Below are positions 21,396-31,225 of a DNA stretch of 64,000 bases, in pieces (the first letter of the stretch is position 1; each line of letters starts with the position of its first letter). The position numbers and the translations under genes are program-made. Source of the DNA: Acidobacteriota bacterium (GTDB taxonomy: Bacteria > Acidobacteriota > Thermoanaerobaculia > Gp7-AA8); the NCBI GenBank assembly GCA_019244185.1, contig JAFATB010000023.1, positions 256,001-320,000 of the forward strand, written 5' to 3'. A model generated the notes under the pieces. It was not told where the DNA came from, did no database searches, and saw only the letters and a list, made by a program, of their open reading frames with translations.

Positions 21396-22315
21396 TCGAG
21401 CTTGATCCTCGGGTCGACGACGCCGTACAGCAGATCCGAGAAGAAATTGACGAGGATGTACGTGAGCGCGATGACGAGGATCGACGCCTGCACCTGCGGA
21501 TAGTCGCGCGTCGTGATCGACTGCACGAGCAATCGTCCGAGTCCCGGCCACGAGAAGATCTGTTCCGTGATGATCGCGCCGGTGAGCAGCGATCCAAACT
21601 GCAGCGCGAGAATCGTGATCACCGGGATCAGCGCGTTCTTCAGCGCATGGCGGAAGATCGCCTTCGCGCGCGTCACGCCTTTCGCGATCGCCGTTGTGAC
21701 GTAGAGCTGGTTGAGCTCCTCCGCGAGGCTGACGCGGATCATGCGCGTGAGAATCGCCGCGAGCGCGAGTCCCATCGTCACCGACGGCAGCACGATCGAC
21801 TTGAAGCCTCCCTCGCGTCCGGATACGGGGAACCACGGATGGTTGATCGCGAACGCGATGATGAGCAGCGGCCCGAACCAGAAGCTCGGCATCGACACCC
21901 CGATCAGCGCGAAGAAGCGGGCGACGTTGTCGATCCACGAGTTTCGATAGATCGCGGAGATGATGCCGAGCGGAAACGCGACGAGCAGCGCGACCAGCAT
22001 CGAGCCGAGCGCGAGCTGGATCGTGGCCGGGTAGCGGTCGCGGATCTCTTTCGCGACGCTCGTGCCGGTGCGGAACGAGGTGCCGAGGTTGCCGTGCGCA
22101 AGATGGTCGAGATAGGTGATGTACTGCTTCCACAGCGGCTGATCGAGGCCGAGGGCCACGCGCACCGCGTGCACATCCTCGGGACGCGCGCCTTCGCCCG
22201 CGATCTGCACGGCCGGATCGCCGGGGATGAGGTGGATCAGCGAAAAGATCAGCGTCAGGATCCCGAGCGTAATCGGGATCATCTGCAGCAATCTGCGGAT
22301 GATGTACTGCGTCAT
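21392..22315 (-). CDS. Peptide/nickel ABC transporter permease (DppB/OppB-like)
   Basis: PGDPA, GLDQP...QY, SMPSFW, YVTTAIAKG, RHALKNA, E.IFSWPGLG. Confidence 0.93.
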   Translation of the reverse strand: MTQYIIRRLLQMIPITLGILTLIFSLIHLIPGDPAVQIAGEGARPEDVHAVRVALGLDQPLWKQYITYLDHLAHGNLGTSFRTGTSVAKEIRDRYPATIQLALGSMLVALLVAFPLGIISAIYRNSWIDNVARFFALIGVSMPSFWFGPLLIIAFAINHPWFPVSGREGGFKSIVLPSVTMGLALAAILTRMIRVSLAEELNQLYVTTAIAKGVTRAKAIFRHALKNALIPVITILALQFGSLLTGAIITEQIFSWPGLGRLLVQSITTRDYPQVQASILVIALTYILVNFFSDLLYGVVDPRIKLE

Positions 22316-22360
22316 CGGATCGAGTTCACCCTGAGCAACGCGAAGAGTCTCCGGTGCAGC

Positions 22361-22376
22361 AGCGATGAGCGTGCCA
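22361..22376 (-). promoter_or_regulatory. Sigma54-like -24/-12 box upstream of the DppB-like gene
   Basis: TGGCACGCTCATCGCT on the minus strand, perfect TGGCACG and GG-N10-GC. Confidence 0.55.
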
Positions 22377-22405
22377 CATTCGGCGCCGTAGATCCCTCGG
22401 TGCGG

Positions 22406-23773
22406 TCACGATGAACTTCCTCTCTCCTGTTTTCCCGTGATCGTCCAGCCGCGGATCTTCGCCACCGGCGCGCGCGTGCCGCCGAACATGTTGTACCAGG
22501 TGCCGACGGTGCGGCGCTCGCGCGAGAGCGATTCGACGTTCGCCAGCGCCTCGACCATCGACTGCGTCCAGCGCAGGTTCGGCAGCCGCGCCACGACTTC
22601 GCCGTCGCGGATGAGGAACGTGCCGTCGCGCGTGGTGCCGGTCATGAGCGCGGTCTTCGGCTCGAGCAGGCCGTTGACGTAGTTGAAGCGCGTCACCCAG
22701 ATGCCGTGCTTCGTGGAGCGGATCATCTCCTCGCGCGTGGCGTCGCCGCCGGACATCGACAAATGAAACGCCGCGCCGTGCTCGGACGAGCCGAGCGACC
22801 ACGCGTTCGCGGTCGGCTGCATGCCGAGGCGGTCGGCCCACGTCTTGTCGAGCACCGGCGTGCGGAGTACGCCGTTCTCGATGAGCGCTACGCGCCGCTT
22901 CGGCAGCCCTTCCATGTCGAAGGGGAAGGGGAGGAAGCCTGCGTCGAGCGAGTCGTCGGCGATGGTGACGTTCGTACCGAGGAGTTGTTTGCCGAGGTTG
23001 CCGACGAAGAAGGACGAGCCGTCCTCGAACGACTGGCCGGTGAACGCGATCATGTTCATCCAGTCGAAGACTTCCGCGAGCGCGGGCGGTTCGAGGATGA
23101 CGTCGTATGCGCCGGGCGCGAGGTCTTCGCTGCGATCGGTGCAGAGCGTGGCCTTGAGCGTGGCTTCGTCGCCGAGCGCCGCGAGATCGAGCTGCGACGC
23201 GCGCAACGCGCGTTGCGTGGCATAGCCGGATCCGTGCGCGCCGATCGCGATGACGGTGGCGTCGTTGAACGTGGTGCGCGCGAAGCGGCGGACGCCGTGC
23301 GTGTTCCCGGCGGCGACGCTGACCGCGCCCGTCGCGTGCGCGCCGGCGAACTCGATGTGATGCTCGCGTCCGCGATCGAACATCGCACGCAACGCGGTGG
23401 CTTTCTGCGCCGGCGCGATCGAGGCCGTGGCGTCGTCGAACGAGTCGATTTCGGGGAGCGGCTCGTTGTCGCGATAGAGGCCGCGGAAGCCGGGCACCGG
23501 CTGCGAGTGCCGCGCCGCTTCGCGCGCGAGCTCGGCCGTGCGCGCGATCTCGTCCGCGTCGAAGCTCGTCGTCGTCGCGACGCCCATCGCGTTGTTCACG
23601 ATCACGCGCAGCGTCAGCGACGCGCTCTCCTCCGACATGTTCTGGTGGAGCTGCGAGTTCGCGAAGCGGGAGATGTTCTGGTCGACGGCGACGTACGCGG
23701 CATCGGCCTCGTTCGCATGCGCTGCGTCGAGCGCGCGGGCAATGACGTCCAGAGCAAAGCGCTCGTCGTTCAT
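22406..23773 (-). CDS. TldE/PmbA-family protein
   Basis: RFANS..HQN, Y.VILEP.A, PFD.EG, TG.TRDG, NLRW; coupled to tldD. Confidence 0.85.
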   Translation of the reverse strand: MNDERFALDVIARALDAAHANEADAAYVAVDQNISRFANSQLHQNMSEESASLTLRVIVNNAMGVATTTSFDADEIARTAELAREAARHSQPVPGFRGLYRDNEPLPEIDSFDDATASIAPAQKATALRAMFDRGREHHIEFAGAHATGAVSVAAGNTHGVRRFARTTFNDATVIAIGAHGSGYATQRALRASQLDLAALGDEATLKATLCTDRSEDLAPGAYDVILEPPALAEVFDWMNMIAFTGQSFEDGSSFFVGNLGKQLLGTNVTIADDSLDAGFLPFPFDMEGLPKRRVALIENGVLRTPVLDKTWADRLGMQPTANAWSLGSSEHGAAFHLSMSGGDATREEMIRSTKHGIWVTRFNYVNGLLEPKTALMTGTTRDGTFLIRDGEVVARLPNLRWTQSMVEALANVESLSRERRTVGTWYNMFGGTRAPVAKIRGWTITGKQERGSSS

Positions 23774-25206
23774 CCCATCTCCACGTTGCGGAACCGCGCG
23801 GCCGGCGCGCCGTGCGCGACGCGCATGGTCTGCATCGGATCGCCTTTGCCGCAGTTCGGCAGGCCCCAGATCTGCCACGAGGCGCGGTCGCCGACGGCGT
23901 CGCACGAGCGCCAGAAGTCCGGTGTGTTGCCGGTGTAGAGCGGGTTTTTCAGCAGCCGCGTGAGTCGCCCGTTCTCGATCTCCCACGCGACCTCGCAGCC
24001 GAACTGGAAGTTGAGCCGCAGGTCGTCGATCGACCACGACTTGTTCGTCTCGACGAAGATGCCGCGCTTCGTGTCGGCGATGAGATCCGCGAGCGGCGTC
24101 GTGCCCGGCTCGAGGTTGATGTTGGTCATGCGGATGATCGGGATGCGCGCCGCGGTCTCGGCGCGGACGGTGCCGTTCGAGACGCGGCCGAGGAACGGCG
24201 CGGTGTCGCGGCCGGTGAGATAGTCAACGAACGTACCATCGCGCACGAGGTGGAAGCGCTGGGCGGGCACGCCGTCGTCGTCGAACGCGAACGAGCCGAT
24301 CGAGCCGGGGATGGTGGCGTCGGCGACGATGTTCACGAGGTCGGAACCGTAGCGGAAATGCCCGAGCATCTGCGGCTGGAGGAACGAGCCACCCGCCAGC
24401 GAGATCTCCAGTCCCATCGCGCGATCGAGCTCGGTCGGATGGCCGCACGACTCGTGAACCTGCAACGCGAGCTGCGCGCTGCCGACGATGAGGTCGAAGC
24501 GCCCGGCCGGTGCTTTGGATGCGGCGAGGAGTTGCAGCGCCTCGTCGCGGATCTCCAATGCTTTCTTCGGCAGATCGAGCCGCTCGATGAACTCCCATCC
24601 TTCGGCCTGAAAGTCGCCGCCGAACGGATTGGGATACGTCCGCCGCTGGAACTCCCCCTCGTCGATGGCCACGGCTTCGATGCCGCCGCCCATCTGCGTC
24701 GTGGTCTGCTCGATGAAGCTGCCGATCGTCGAGGCGAAGACTTTCTCCTGGCGATAGCAGGAGATGTCGCCCGAGACCTGATGGATGCGCGGATCGCCGC
24801 GCATCGGCTCGGTCGCGTTCATCAGATGCTCGAGCTTCTTCTCGATCGGCACCGACCACGGATCGATCTCGTAATGCGACTCCCACCGCGCCACGTGCGG
24901 CTCGACGTCGCTGAGCGTGATGATCTGCGTCGAGGCGAGATTGCTCGCCGCCGCGACTTCGAGCGCGCGCCGCGCCGTACGCCGGATCGTCTCTTCCGAA
25001 ACGTCGCTCGTCGCCGCGAACCCCCAGCCATTCCCGACCAGCACGCGCACGCCCACCGCGCGATCGACGGTCGAGGCGAGATGATCGACCTCGCCGTTGC
25101 GCACTTTCACGTCCTGCGCGTGCGTGGCCGTGTAGCGGACGTCCGCGTACCGCACGTCGCCCAGCGATCGAAGAACATCCTCCAACTGCGCCCGCTCCGG
25201 TGTCAT
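23770..25206 (-). CDS. tldD: TldD metalloprotease
   Basis: HESCGH.TE.DR Zn motif, FDDDG, RMTN, CGKG.P.Q. Confidence 0.9.
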   Translation of the reverse strand: MTPERAQLEDVLRSLGDVRYADVRYTATHAQDVKVRNGEVDHLASTVDRAVGVRVLVGNGWGFAATSDVSEETIRRTARRALEVAAASNLASTQIITLSDVEPHVARWESHYEIDPWSVPIEKKLEHLMNATEPMRGDPRIHQVSGDISCYRQEKVFASTIGSFIEQTTTQMGGGIEAVAIDEGEFQRRTYPNPFGGDFQAEGWEFIERLDLPKKALEIRDEALQLLAASKAPAGRFDLIVGSAQLALQVHESCGHPTELDRAMGLEISLAGGSFLQPQMLGHFRYGSDLVNIVADATIPGSIGSFAFDDDGVPAQRFHLVRDGTFVDYLTGRDTAPFLGRVSNGTVRAETAARIPIIRMTNINLEPGTTPLADLIADTKRGIFVETNKSWSIDDLRLNFQFGCEVAWEIENGRLTRLLKNPLYTGNTPDFWRSCDAVGDRASWQIWGLPNCGKGDPMQTMRVAHGAPAARFRNVEMG

Positions 25207-25244
25207 GGGCCGGCGATTATAGAATTGCCGCGACAGGCTTCCTC

Positions 25245-25535
25245 ATGGGCATCGACGAAATCCTCGGCGACAAACGCGAAGAGATCCTCCGGATCGCCAA
25301 GAAACACGGCGTGACGAGCATCCGCGTGTTCGGATCGGTCGCGCGCGGGGAGGCGGGGCCGGAGAGCGATGTGGACTTTCTCGTGGAGATCGGCGACTGG
25401 ATCAGCCCTTGGTTTCCTGCGGGGCTGATTCTCGATCTGGAGGAACTGCTCGGGCGCCGTGTCGATGTGGCCACGCCGAAGGGGTTGCACTGGTACATCA
25501 AGGATCGCGTGCTCGCGGAGGCGGTCGGGTTGTGA
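25245..25535 (+). CDS. MNT (minimal nucleotidyltransferase) antitoxin, copy 1
   Basis: FGSVARGE....SDVDFL (GSX10DXD); 96 aa. Confidence 0.9.
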   Translation: MGIDEILGDKREEILRIAKKHGVTSIRVFGSVARGEAGPESDVDFLVEIGDWISPWFPAGLILDLEELLGRRVDVATPKGLHWYIKDRVLAEAVGL

Positions 25536-25870
25536 AGGAGCACGACGACCGGTTTTACCTGCAGCACATGCGGACGTGCATCGCCAACATCGAGGACGAC
25601 ACGTCGCGCGGTCGCGCGGAGTTCGAGCAAAACCGCACGGAGCGCGACGCGGTCATGCGCAATCTGCAACTGCTCGCGGAGTCCTCGATGCGGCTCTCCG
25701 ATGAGACTCGTGCGCGTTTCCCGGATGTCGAATGGCGCCAGATGCGCAAGTTCCGCAACGTCGTCGTGCACGACTACACCGACATCGACTACGACGTGAT
25801 CTGGCTCATCGTCTCCCAACACGTCCCGGCACTGAAGCCGCAGATCGAGCGCATGTTGAAGGAGTTGTGA
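25532..25870 (+). CDS. HEPN (DUF86/HepT) RNase toxin, copy 1
   Basis: GTGA overlap with MNT; RNVVVH (RX4H) followed by DY. Confidence 0.88.
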   Translation: MKEHDDRFYLQHMRTCIANIEDDTSRGRAEFEQNRTERDAVMRNLQLLAESSMRLSDETRARFPDVEWRQMRKFRNVVVHDYTDIDYDVIWLIVSQHVPALKPQIERMLKEL

Positions 25871-25906
25871 GGCGAGAGGCGCAGGCGCGGAACGTAGAAT
25901 GGCGCC

Positions 25907-26197
25907 ATGGGCATCGACGAAATCCTCGGCGACAAACGCGAAGAGATCCTCCGCATCGCCAAGAAACACGGCGTGACCAGCATTCGCGTGTTCGGCTCGG
26001 TGGCGCGTGGGGAGGCGGGGCCGGAGAGCGATGTGGACTTTCTGATCGACGCCGGCGCCGAGGTCACGCCGTGGTTCCCCGGAAGCCTCGTCGCCGACCT
26101 GCAGGAGTTGCTCGGACGCGAGGTCGATGTGGTGGAGACGGTCGCGCTGCATCAGCGACTGAAGCCGTACGTGCTCGCGGAGGCGGTCCCGCTTTGA
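25907..26197 (+). CDS. MNT antitoxin, copy 2
   Basis: First 46 aa identical to copy 1; GSX10DXD motif. Confidence 0.9.
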   Translation: MGIDEILGDKREEILRIAKKHGVTSIRVFGSVARGEAGPESDVDFLIDAGAEVTPWFPGSLVADLQELLGREVDVVETVALHQRLKPYVLAEAVPL

Positions 26198-26529
26198 CGC
26201 GCGATCCGCGCGTCTACGTGGAGCATGTCGCGGCGGCAATCGCGCTGATCGAACGCTGGACGAGCAGCGGACGTGAGTCGTTCCTGCGCGATGAGCTCCT
26301 GCAGTCCGCGGTCATTCGCAAGCTGCACGAGCTCGCGGAATCCATCCAGCGACTCGAGCCGCTCGTCAGCGCGCGTTATCCGGACGTGCCATGGCGCGAC
26401 GTGGTTGCATTCCGGCACGTCATCGTGCACGACTATCTCGGCCTGAACGTCGACCGCATCTGGCTCATCGTCTCCCAACACGTCCCGGCACTGAAGCCGC
26501 AGATCGAGCGCATGTTGAACGAGTTGTGA
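26194..26529 (+). CDS. HEPN (DUF86/HepT) RNase toxin, copy 2
   Basis: TTGA overlap with MNT2; RHVIVH.Y motif. Confidence 0.86.
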   Translation: MTRDPRVYVEHVAAAIALIERWTSSGRESFLRDELLQSAVIRKLHELAESIQRLEPLVSARYPDVPWRDVVAFRHVIVHDYLGLNVDRIWLIVSQHVPALKPQIERMLNEL

Positions 26530-26545
26530 GGCGAGAGGCGCAACC

Positions 26546-27469
26546 ATGAAGATTCTGGTCACGGGCGGGGCGGGGTTCATCGCCTCGCATGTCGTCGACG
26601 GGTATGTCGCGCGCGGTCATGACGTCACGGTCGTCGATGATCTGAGCAGCGGGCGGCGGGAGAACGTCAATCCGCGGGCGGAGCTGGTCGTGGCGGATCT
26701 GCGCGATCCGCGCACGGTCGAGCAGTTGCGTGGGCGGGGGTTCGACCTCGTCAATCATCATGCGGCGCAGATCGACGTGCGCGTGTCGGTGGCCGATCCG
26801 GCGGCGGATGCGGAGCTGAACATCGTCGCGGCGTTGCGGCTCTTTCAGGCGCTCATCGACGAGGGGCCGCGGAAGATCGTGTTCGCGTCGAGCGGCGGGG
26901 CGGCGTACGGCGAGCCGCAATACGCGCCGCAGGACGAGCGGCATCCGGTCGCCCCGATCTCGCCGTACGGCTGCGCGAAGGCGGCCATCGACTCGTATCT
27001 CTACTACTACCGCATGGTGCACGGCGTGCGCGCGGTGTCGCTGCGCTACGGCAACGTCTACGGGCCGCGGCAGCGCAAGGACGGCGAGGCGGGCGTCATC
27101 GCGATCTTCGCGGGCTTGCTCCTCGACGGCCAGCGGCCGCGCATCAACGGCACCGGCGAGCAGACGCGCGACTACGTGTTCGTCGAAGACGTCATGCGCG
27201 CGAACATGGCCGCGTCGGAGCTCGACCTCGACGGCATCTTCAACGTCGGTACCGGCGTCGAGGTGTCGGTCAACACGCTGTACGACGAGCTGCGCAACGC
27301 GATTGGCGTCGACCTCGACGCGGAGCACGGTCCCGCGAAAGCGGGCGAGCAGATGCGCAGCGTGCTCGATGGGACGAAGCTGCGGACAGTGGCGAAGCTG
27401 CCGGAGCCGGTGAAGCTCGACGAAGGTCTGCGCCGCACCGTGGAGTGGCTACGCTCGGCTGCTCGCTAA
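26546..27469 (+). CDS. NAD-dependent UDP-sugar 4-epimerase (GalE-like)
   Basis: TGGAGFIA, H.AAQ, SSGGA.YG, YGCAK (YxxxK), RYGNVYGPRQ, QTRDYV. Confidence 0.92.
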   Translation: MKILVTGGAGFIASHVVDGYVARGHDVTVVDDLSSGRRENVNPRAELVVADLRDPRTVEQLRGRGFDLVNHHAAQIDVRVSVADPAADAELNIVAALRLFQALIDEGPRKIVFASSGGAAYGEPQYAPQDERHPVAPISPYGCAKAAIDSYLYYYRMVHGVRAVSLRYGNVYGPRQRKDGEAGVIAIFAGLLLDGQRPRINGTGEQTRDYVFVEDVMRANMAASELDLDGIFNVGTGVEVSVNTLYDELRNAIGVDLDAEHGPAKAGEQMRSVLDGTKLRTVAKLPEPVKLDEGLRRTVEWLRSAAR

Positions 27470-28788
27470 GCACGAACAACTCTGGTGTCCGGTAGCTGAT
27501 CCGCCGGCACCACGTTCCGCGTATCGACGACGAGCTTCGCGCCGCGATACAGCGCCGCGTCCTTGAACTGCGCGTGCGGCGTCGACAGCAAAATCGCGTC
27601 GTACTTTGCGAACTCCTCGGCCGTACACGGCACCGACGTCATCTGAAGGTCGTACTTGCGCACGCGCCGCGCGACCGGGATGAACGGATCGCAATACGCG
27701 ACCTCCGCGCCGCGCTCGCGCAGCAGCTCGATCAGCTCGAACGACGGCGACTCGCGGTCATCGTCGATGTTCGGCTTGTACGAGAGGCCGAGGACCAGGA
27801 TGCGCGCGCCGCGGACGGAGACGCCGCTGTCGTTGATCGCTTCCACCGTGCGGTCAACGACGTAACGCGGCATGAACGTGTTGATCTCGCCGGCGAGCTC
27901 GATGAAGCGCGCCCACGTCCCGTGCTCGGCCGCCTTCCACGTCAGGTAGAACGGATCGAGCGGGATGCAATGGCCGCCGAGGCCGGGGCCGGGGTAGAAG
28001 GGCATGAAGCCGAAGGGTTTCGTGCGCGCGGCTTCGATCACTTCCCAGACGTTGATTCCCATCCGCTCGAGCACGATCTTCATCTCGTTCACGAGCGCGA
28101 TGTTCACGGCGCGGAAGATGTTCTCGAGCAGCTTCGCCGACTCCGCGACTTCGGGCGTAGACACGGGAACGATGTGATCGATCGCGGCGCCGTACAGCGC
28201 GGACGCGAGCTCGAGCGACGGCGCGTCGAGGCCGCCGACGATCTTCGGGATGTTCTTCGTGTTGAACTTCTCGTTGCCCGGATCCTCGCGCTCGGGTGAG
28301 AACGCGAGGAAAAAGTCAGTGCCGCAGCGGAGGCCGCGCGCTTCGAAGCGCGGCAGCAGTTCCTCGCGCGTCGTGCCGGGATACGTCGTCGACTCGAGCA
28401 CGACCAGCTGTCCGGCGCGGAGATGCTGCGCGATCGCGTCGGCGGTGTTGCGGATGTACGAGAGGTCGGGCTCGCGATGGTGGCCGAGCGGCGTGGGGAC
28501 GCAGACGATGATGGCGTCGCATTCGCCGAGGCGTTCGAAGTCCGTTTCGGCGGACGCGCGTCCGCCGACGAACGCGTTCGCGATGCGCTCGGCGGCGATG
28601 TGGCGCAGGTACGACTGGCCGCGTTCGAGCGCTTCTTTCTTGCGCGGATCGATGTCGAAGCCGACGACCGTAAATCCTGCTTCCGCAAAGATGAGCACGA
28701 GTGGCAGGCCGACGTAGCCGAGGCCGATCACGCCGATCGTCGCGCGCCGTTCGCGGATCGAATCGAGAAGCGAGTTCACGTCAGCCAT
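27466..28788 (-). CDS. UDP-N-acetylhexosamine 6-dehydrogenase (WbpA/WecC-like)
   Basis: GLGYVGLP, CVPTP, ESTTYPGTT, SPER, KLLEN.FR.VN, GPGLGGHCIPLDP. Confidence 0.92.
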   Translation of the reverse strand: MADVNSLLDSIRERRATIGVIGLGYVGLPLVLIFAEAGFTVVGFDIDPRKKEALERGQSYLRHIAAERIANAFVGGRASAETDFERLGECDAIIVCVPTPLGHHREPDLSYIRNTADAIAQHLRAGQLVVLESTTYPGTTREELLPRFEARGLRCGTDFFLAFSPEREDPGNEKFNTKNIPKIVGGLDAPSLELASALYGAAIDHIVPVSTPEVAESAKLLENIFRAVNIALVNEMKIVLERMGINVWEVIEAARTKPFGFMPFYPGPGLGGHCIPLDPFYLTWKAAEHGTWARFIELAGEINTFMPRYVVDRTVEAINDSGVSVRGARILVLGLSYKPNIDDDRESPSFELIELLRERGAEVAYCDPFIPVARRVRKYDLQMTSVPCTAEEFAKYDAILLSTPHAQFKDAALYRGAKLVVDTRNVVPADQLPDTRVVRA

Positions 28789-29957
28789 CAGCGAACGAGC
28801 GACTCTCCGGTGCGCGCGGTCCACGCGCGCGTGCCCTGCCCGCGCATGAGCTGCAGCAGGCCGACGAACGCGGCGGCGTTGACGAAGCAGAAGTAGTACG
28901 GCACGGAGAAGATCCGCCAGTAGCCGGCTTTCTTCTCGCGCAGCGCGGCGCCGGCGAGCGCGAGCAGATACACGGCGAGCTGTCCGGCGAAGAGCACGCG
29001 ATAGAAGTTTGAGCGCGTCGCGAGGACGGCGCTGGCGAAGAACATCGGGATGAGAAAGTACGGAATCATGTGCCGCACGACTTTGTGCGACAGCACTTCG
29101 AGCGAGTAGAAGCCGGACGTGAAGAGGCGCCGGCCGTGTCCGAGCATCGCGCGCGTGCAGCGGTTGGCGATGCGCACTTTGCGGCGGAACTCCTGCTTCG
29201 CGTGGATGGTGCCGTTCTCCCACGCCGTCGCCTTCGGCTCGAAGACGAGGCGATAGCCCTGCAGCGGGATGTGCGTGGAGATGGTCATGTCGTCGCCGCG
29301 CGAGGGATCGGTAAGCGGGACGAAGAGCTCCTTGCGGATCGCGTAGAGCAGGCCGTCGGCGGCGTAGACGCTGCCGATACGGCTCTCCAGGATTTTTTGC
29401 AACTTATCCCAGCGCACGTAGAGGCCTTCGCCGTCGCCGGTCGCATCGCCTTTGCGCGTGATGCCCGGTTTGCGCGCACCGGATACGCCGCCCACCTCGG
29501 GATCGGCGAACTTGCGCGCCATGAGGCGCAGCGTGTGCGGGTCGAGGAAAAAGTCGGCGTCGCTGAAGACGAGGATCTCGCCAGTCGCGTTGCGGGCGCC
29601 TTCGTTCACCGCTTCCATCTTGCCTGGCCGCTCGAGCGCGATGAGGCGGACGCGCGGATCGCGCGCCGAGAACTCGCGCACGATGTCGTTCGTGCGGTCG
29701 GTGCAGCCGTTCGAGACGACGAGCACTTCGACCTGCTCGGCCGGATAGTCGAGCGACAGCGCGTTCTCGATCTTCGCGCCGATGACCTCCTGCTCGTTGA
29801 ACGCGGCGATGATGAACGTCGCCTTCGGCGTCACGTCGCCTTCGCGCACGGGACGCGTTTTGAAGCGGCTGATGAGCCAGAGCAGCGACGGGTAGCCGAA
29901 GTAGATGTAGGTCACGACGGCGAAGCAGAGCCAGAAGACGACGGCGGCGACGATCAC
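28788..29957 (-). CDS. GT2 glycosyltransferase with TM segments
   Basis: IAAFNE, GK..A.N, FSDAD, DD, EF.RK.R motifs; N- and C-terminal TMs. Confidence 0.9.
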   Translation of the reverse strand: MIVAAVVFWLCFAVVTYIYFGYPSLLWLISRFKTRPVREGDVTPKATFIIAAFNEQEVIGAKIENALSLDYPAEQVEVLVVSNGCTDRTNDIVREFSARDPRVRLIALERPGKMEAVNEGARNATGEILVFSDADFFLDPHTLRLMARKFADPEVGGVSGARKPGITRKGDATGDGEGLYVRWDKLQKILESRIGSVYAADGLLYAIRKELFVPLTDPSRGDDMTISTHIPLQGYRLVFEPKATAWENGTIHAKQEFRRKVRIANRCTRAMLGHGRRLFTSGFYSLEVLSHKVVRHMIPYFLIPMFFASAVLATRSNFYRVLFAGQLAVYLLALAGAALREKKAGYWRIFSVPYYFCFVNAAAFVGLLQLMRGQGTRAWTARTGESLVR

Positions 29958-31225
29958 GACGCCTCCTGCGTGGCGGCCTCTTGGTCGAGGCGCGCGACGA
30001 GCTGCGCGACGATGTCGTGGATGTCGAACTCGCGGCGGATGCGCTCGCGTCCGCGCTCGCCCATCTGCCTCGCGCGTTCCGGGTCTTCGATCAGCTTGCG
30101 CATCGCGTCGGCGAGTGCGCGCGCGCTTTCGGGCGGCACGAGGAAGCCGGTCTTGCCTTCTTCGATGAGCTCGGGGATGCCGGCGATGGTGGTGCTGATG
30201 ACGGGGCGTCCGCCGGCCATCGCTTCGATGAGCGCGTTCGGCATCCCTTCCATCATCCCGTCTTTCTGAATGATGCTCGGAAGCACGAAGAGATCGGATT
30301 CTTTCGTCAGCCGCGCGACTTCCGCTTCCGGGCGCGCGCCGAGGAGCTGCACGACGTCGCCGAGGTTGCGGTCGCGGATCATCTGCTCGAGCTCGACGCG
30401 CATGGGGCCGGTGCCGACGAGGTTGCAGACGAACTGCACGCCTTCGTCGCGGAGCATGCGGCAGGCCTCGATCAGATACGGCAGCCCTTTGTACGGACGG
30501 TGCGAGGCGACGCACAACACGGTCGGCACTTTGTTCGGCATGCGCAGCGTGTTGTCGACGTAGAGGTCGGGCTCGACGCCGTAGTGGATGACGATCATCT
30601 TGCCGCGCGTCTCGTGCGGATAGAGCTTCTCGAGCAGCTTGCGATTGAACTCGGTGCATGTGCGGACGAAGCGCGCCTCGTCGATCTTCCAGTCGAGGAG
30701 ATTGCGGAAGACCTGGATGTCGTGCGCGTGCACGGTGATGCTGTAGGTGATGTTCGAGAACTTCGAGACGATCAGCGCGAGCGTCGCGGGATGCGAGGCC
30801 CAGTGCACGTGCAGGTGGCGGATGCCTTCGCGCTCGAGCTCGCGGGCGAGGTAGATCGACTTCGGGAAGAGCGCGAGCGTGGCCGCGAGCACGACCGGGC
30901 GATCGATGGTGCCGAGGATGAGGCGCGCGAGCAGGCCGAAGTAGCGCAGCGGATGCCGCGCGAGCGCGGCGAGATTCGCGGCAAGAATCGACGGCGAGAG
31001 GAACTTCGTGTACAGAGCGCGTGCGGTCCACGGCTTCGCGGCGTCGTGGAGCACCGGAGGCGACTCCTTGATCATCGGCACGAGCCGCACCGGTTGTCCC
31101 TGCGCTTCCATCTCCACGAATTCGCGGAGGATGAAGGTCTCAGTGACGGTCGGGAAGCGCGAGAGGACGACTGCGATCGGGCGGCGTTGCGGTCTGGATT
31201 CGCTCAACGGTTGGGCGGCGGACAT
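29954..31225 (-). CDS. GT4 glycosyltransferase (WcaL-like)
   Basis: FP..TETFI.RE, H.H, T.HAHDI, KG, EG.PNALIEAMA. Confidence 0.9.
   Translation of the reverse strand: MSAAQPLSESRPQRRPIAVVLSRFPTVTETFILREFVEMEAQGQPVRLVPMIKESPPVLHDAAKPWTARALYTKFLSPSILAANLAALARHPLRYFGLLARLILGTIDRPVVLAATLALFPKSIYLARELEREGIRHLHVHWASHPATLALIVSKFSNITYSITVHAHDIQVFRNLLDWKIDEARFVRTCTEFNRKLLEKLYPHETRGKMIVIHYGVEPDLYVDNTLRMPNKVPTVLCVASHRPYKGLPYLIEACRMLRDEGVQFVCNLVGTGPMRVELEQMIRDRNLGDVVQLLGARPEAEVARLTKESDLFVLPSIIQKDGMMEGMPNALIEAMAGGRPVISTTIAGIPELIEEGKTGFLVPPESARALADAMRKLIEDPERARQMGERGRERIRREFDIHDIVAQLVARLDQEAATQEAS

Larger units (their letters stand above)
25244..26542 (+). repeat. Tandem duplication of an MNT-HEPN unit with near-identical ends
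   Basis: 25244-25381 vs 25906-26043 (138 bp, 6 synonymous differences); 25799-25883 vs 26458-26542 (85 bp, 1 difference). Confidence 0.9.

Noticed and set aside
20562-22315. ABC permeases lacking ATPase and binding-protein genes
   Set aside because: Split dpp/opp loci are common and the partners are probably elsewhere in the genome
22406-25206. tldDE (and the radical SAM gene at 16241) as part of a RiPP cluster
   Set aside because: No precursor, YcaO or RRE genes adjacent; both are widespread housekeeping-type families
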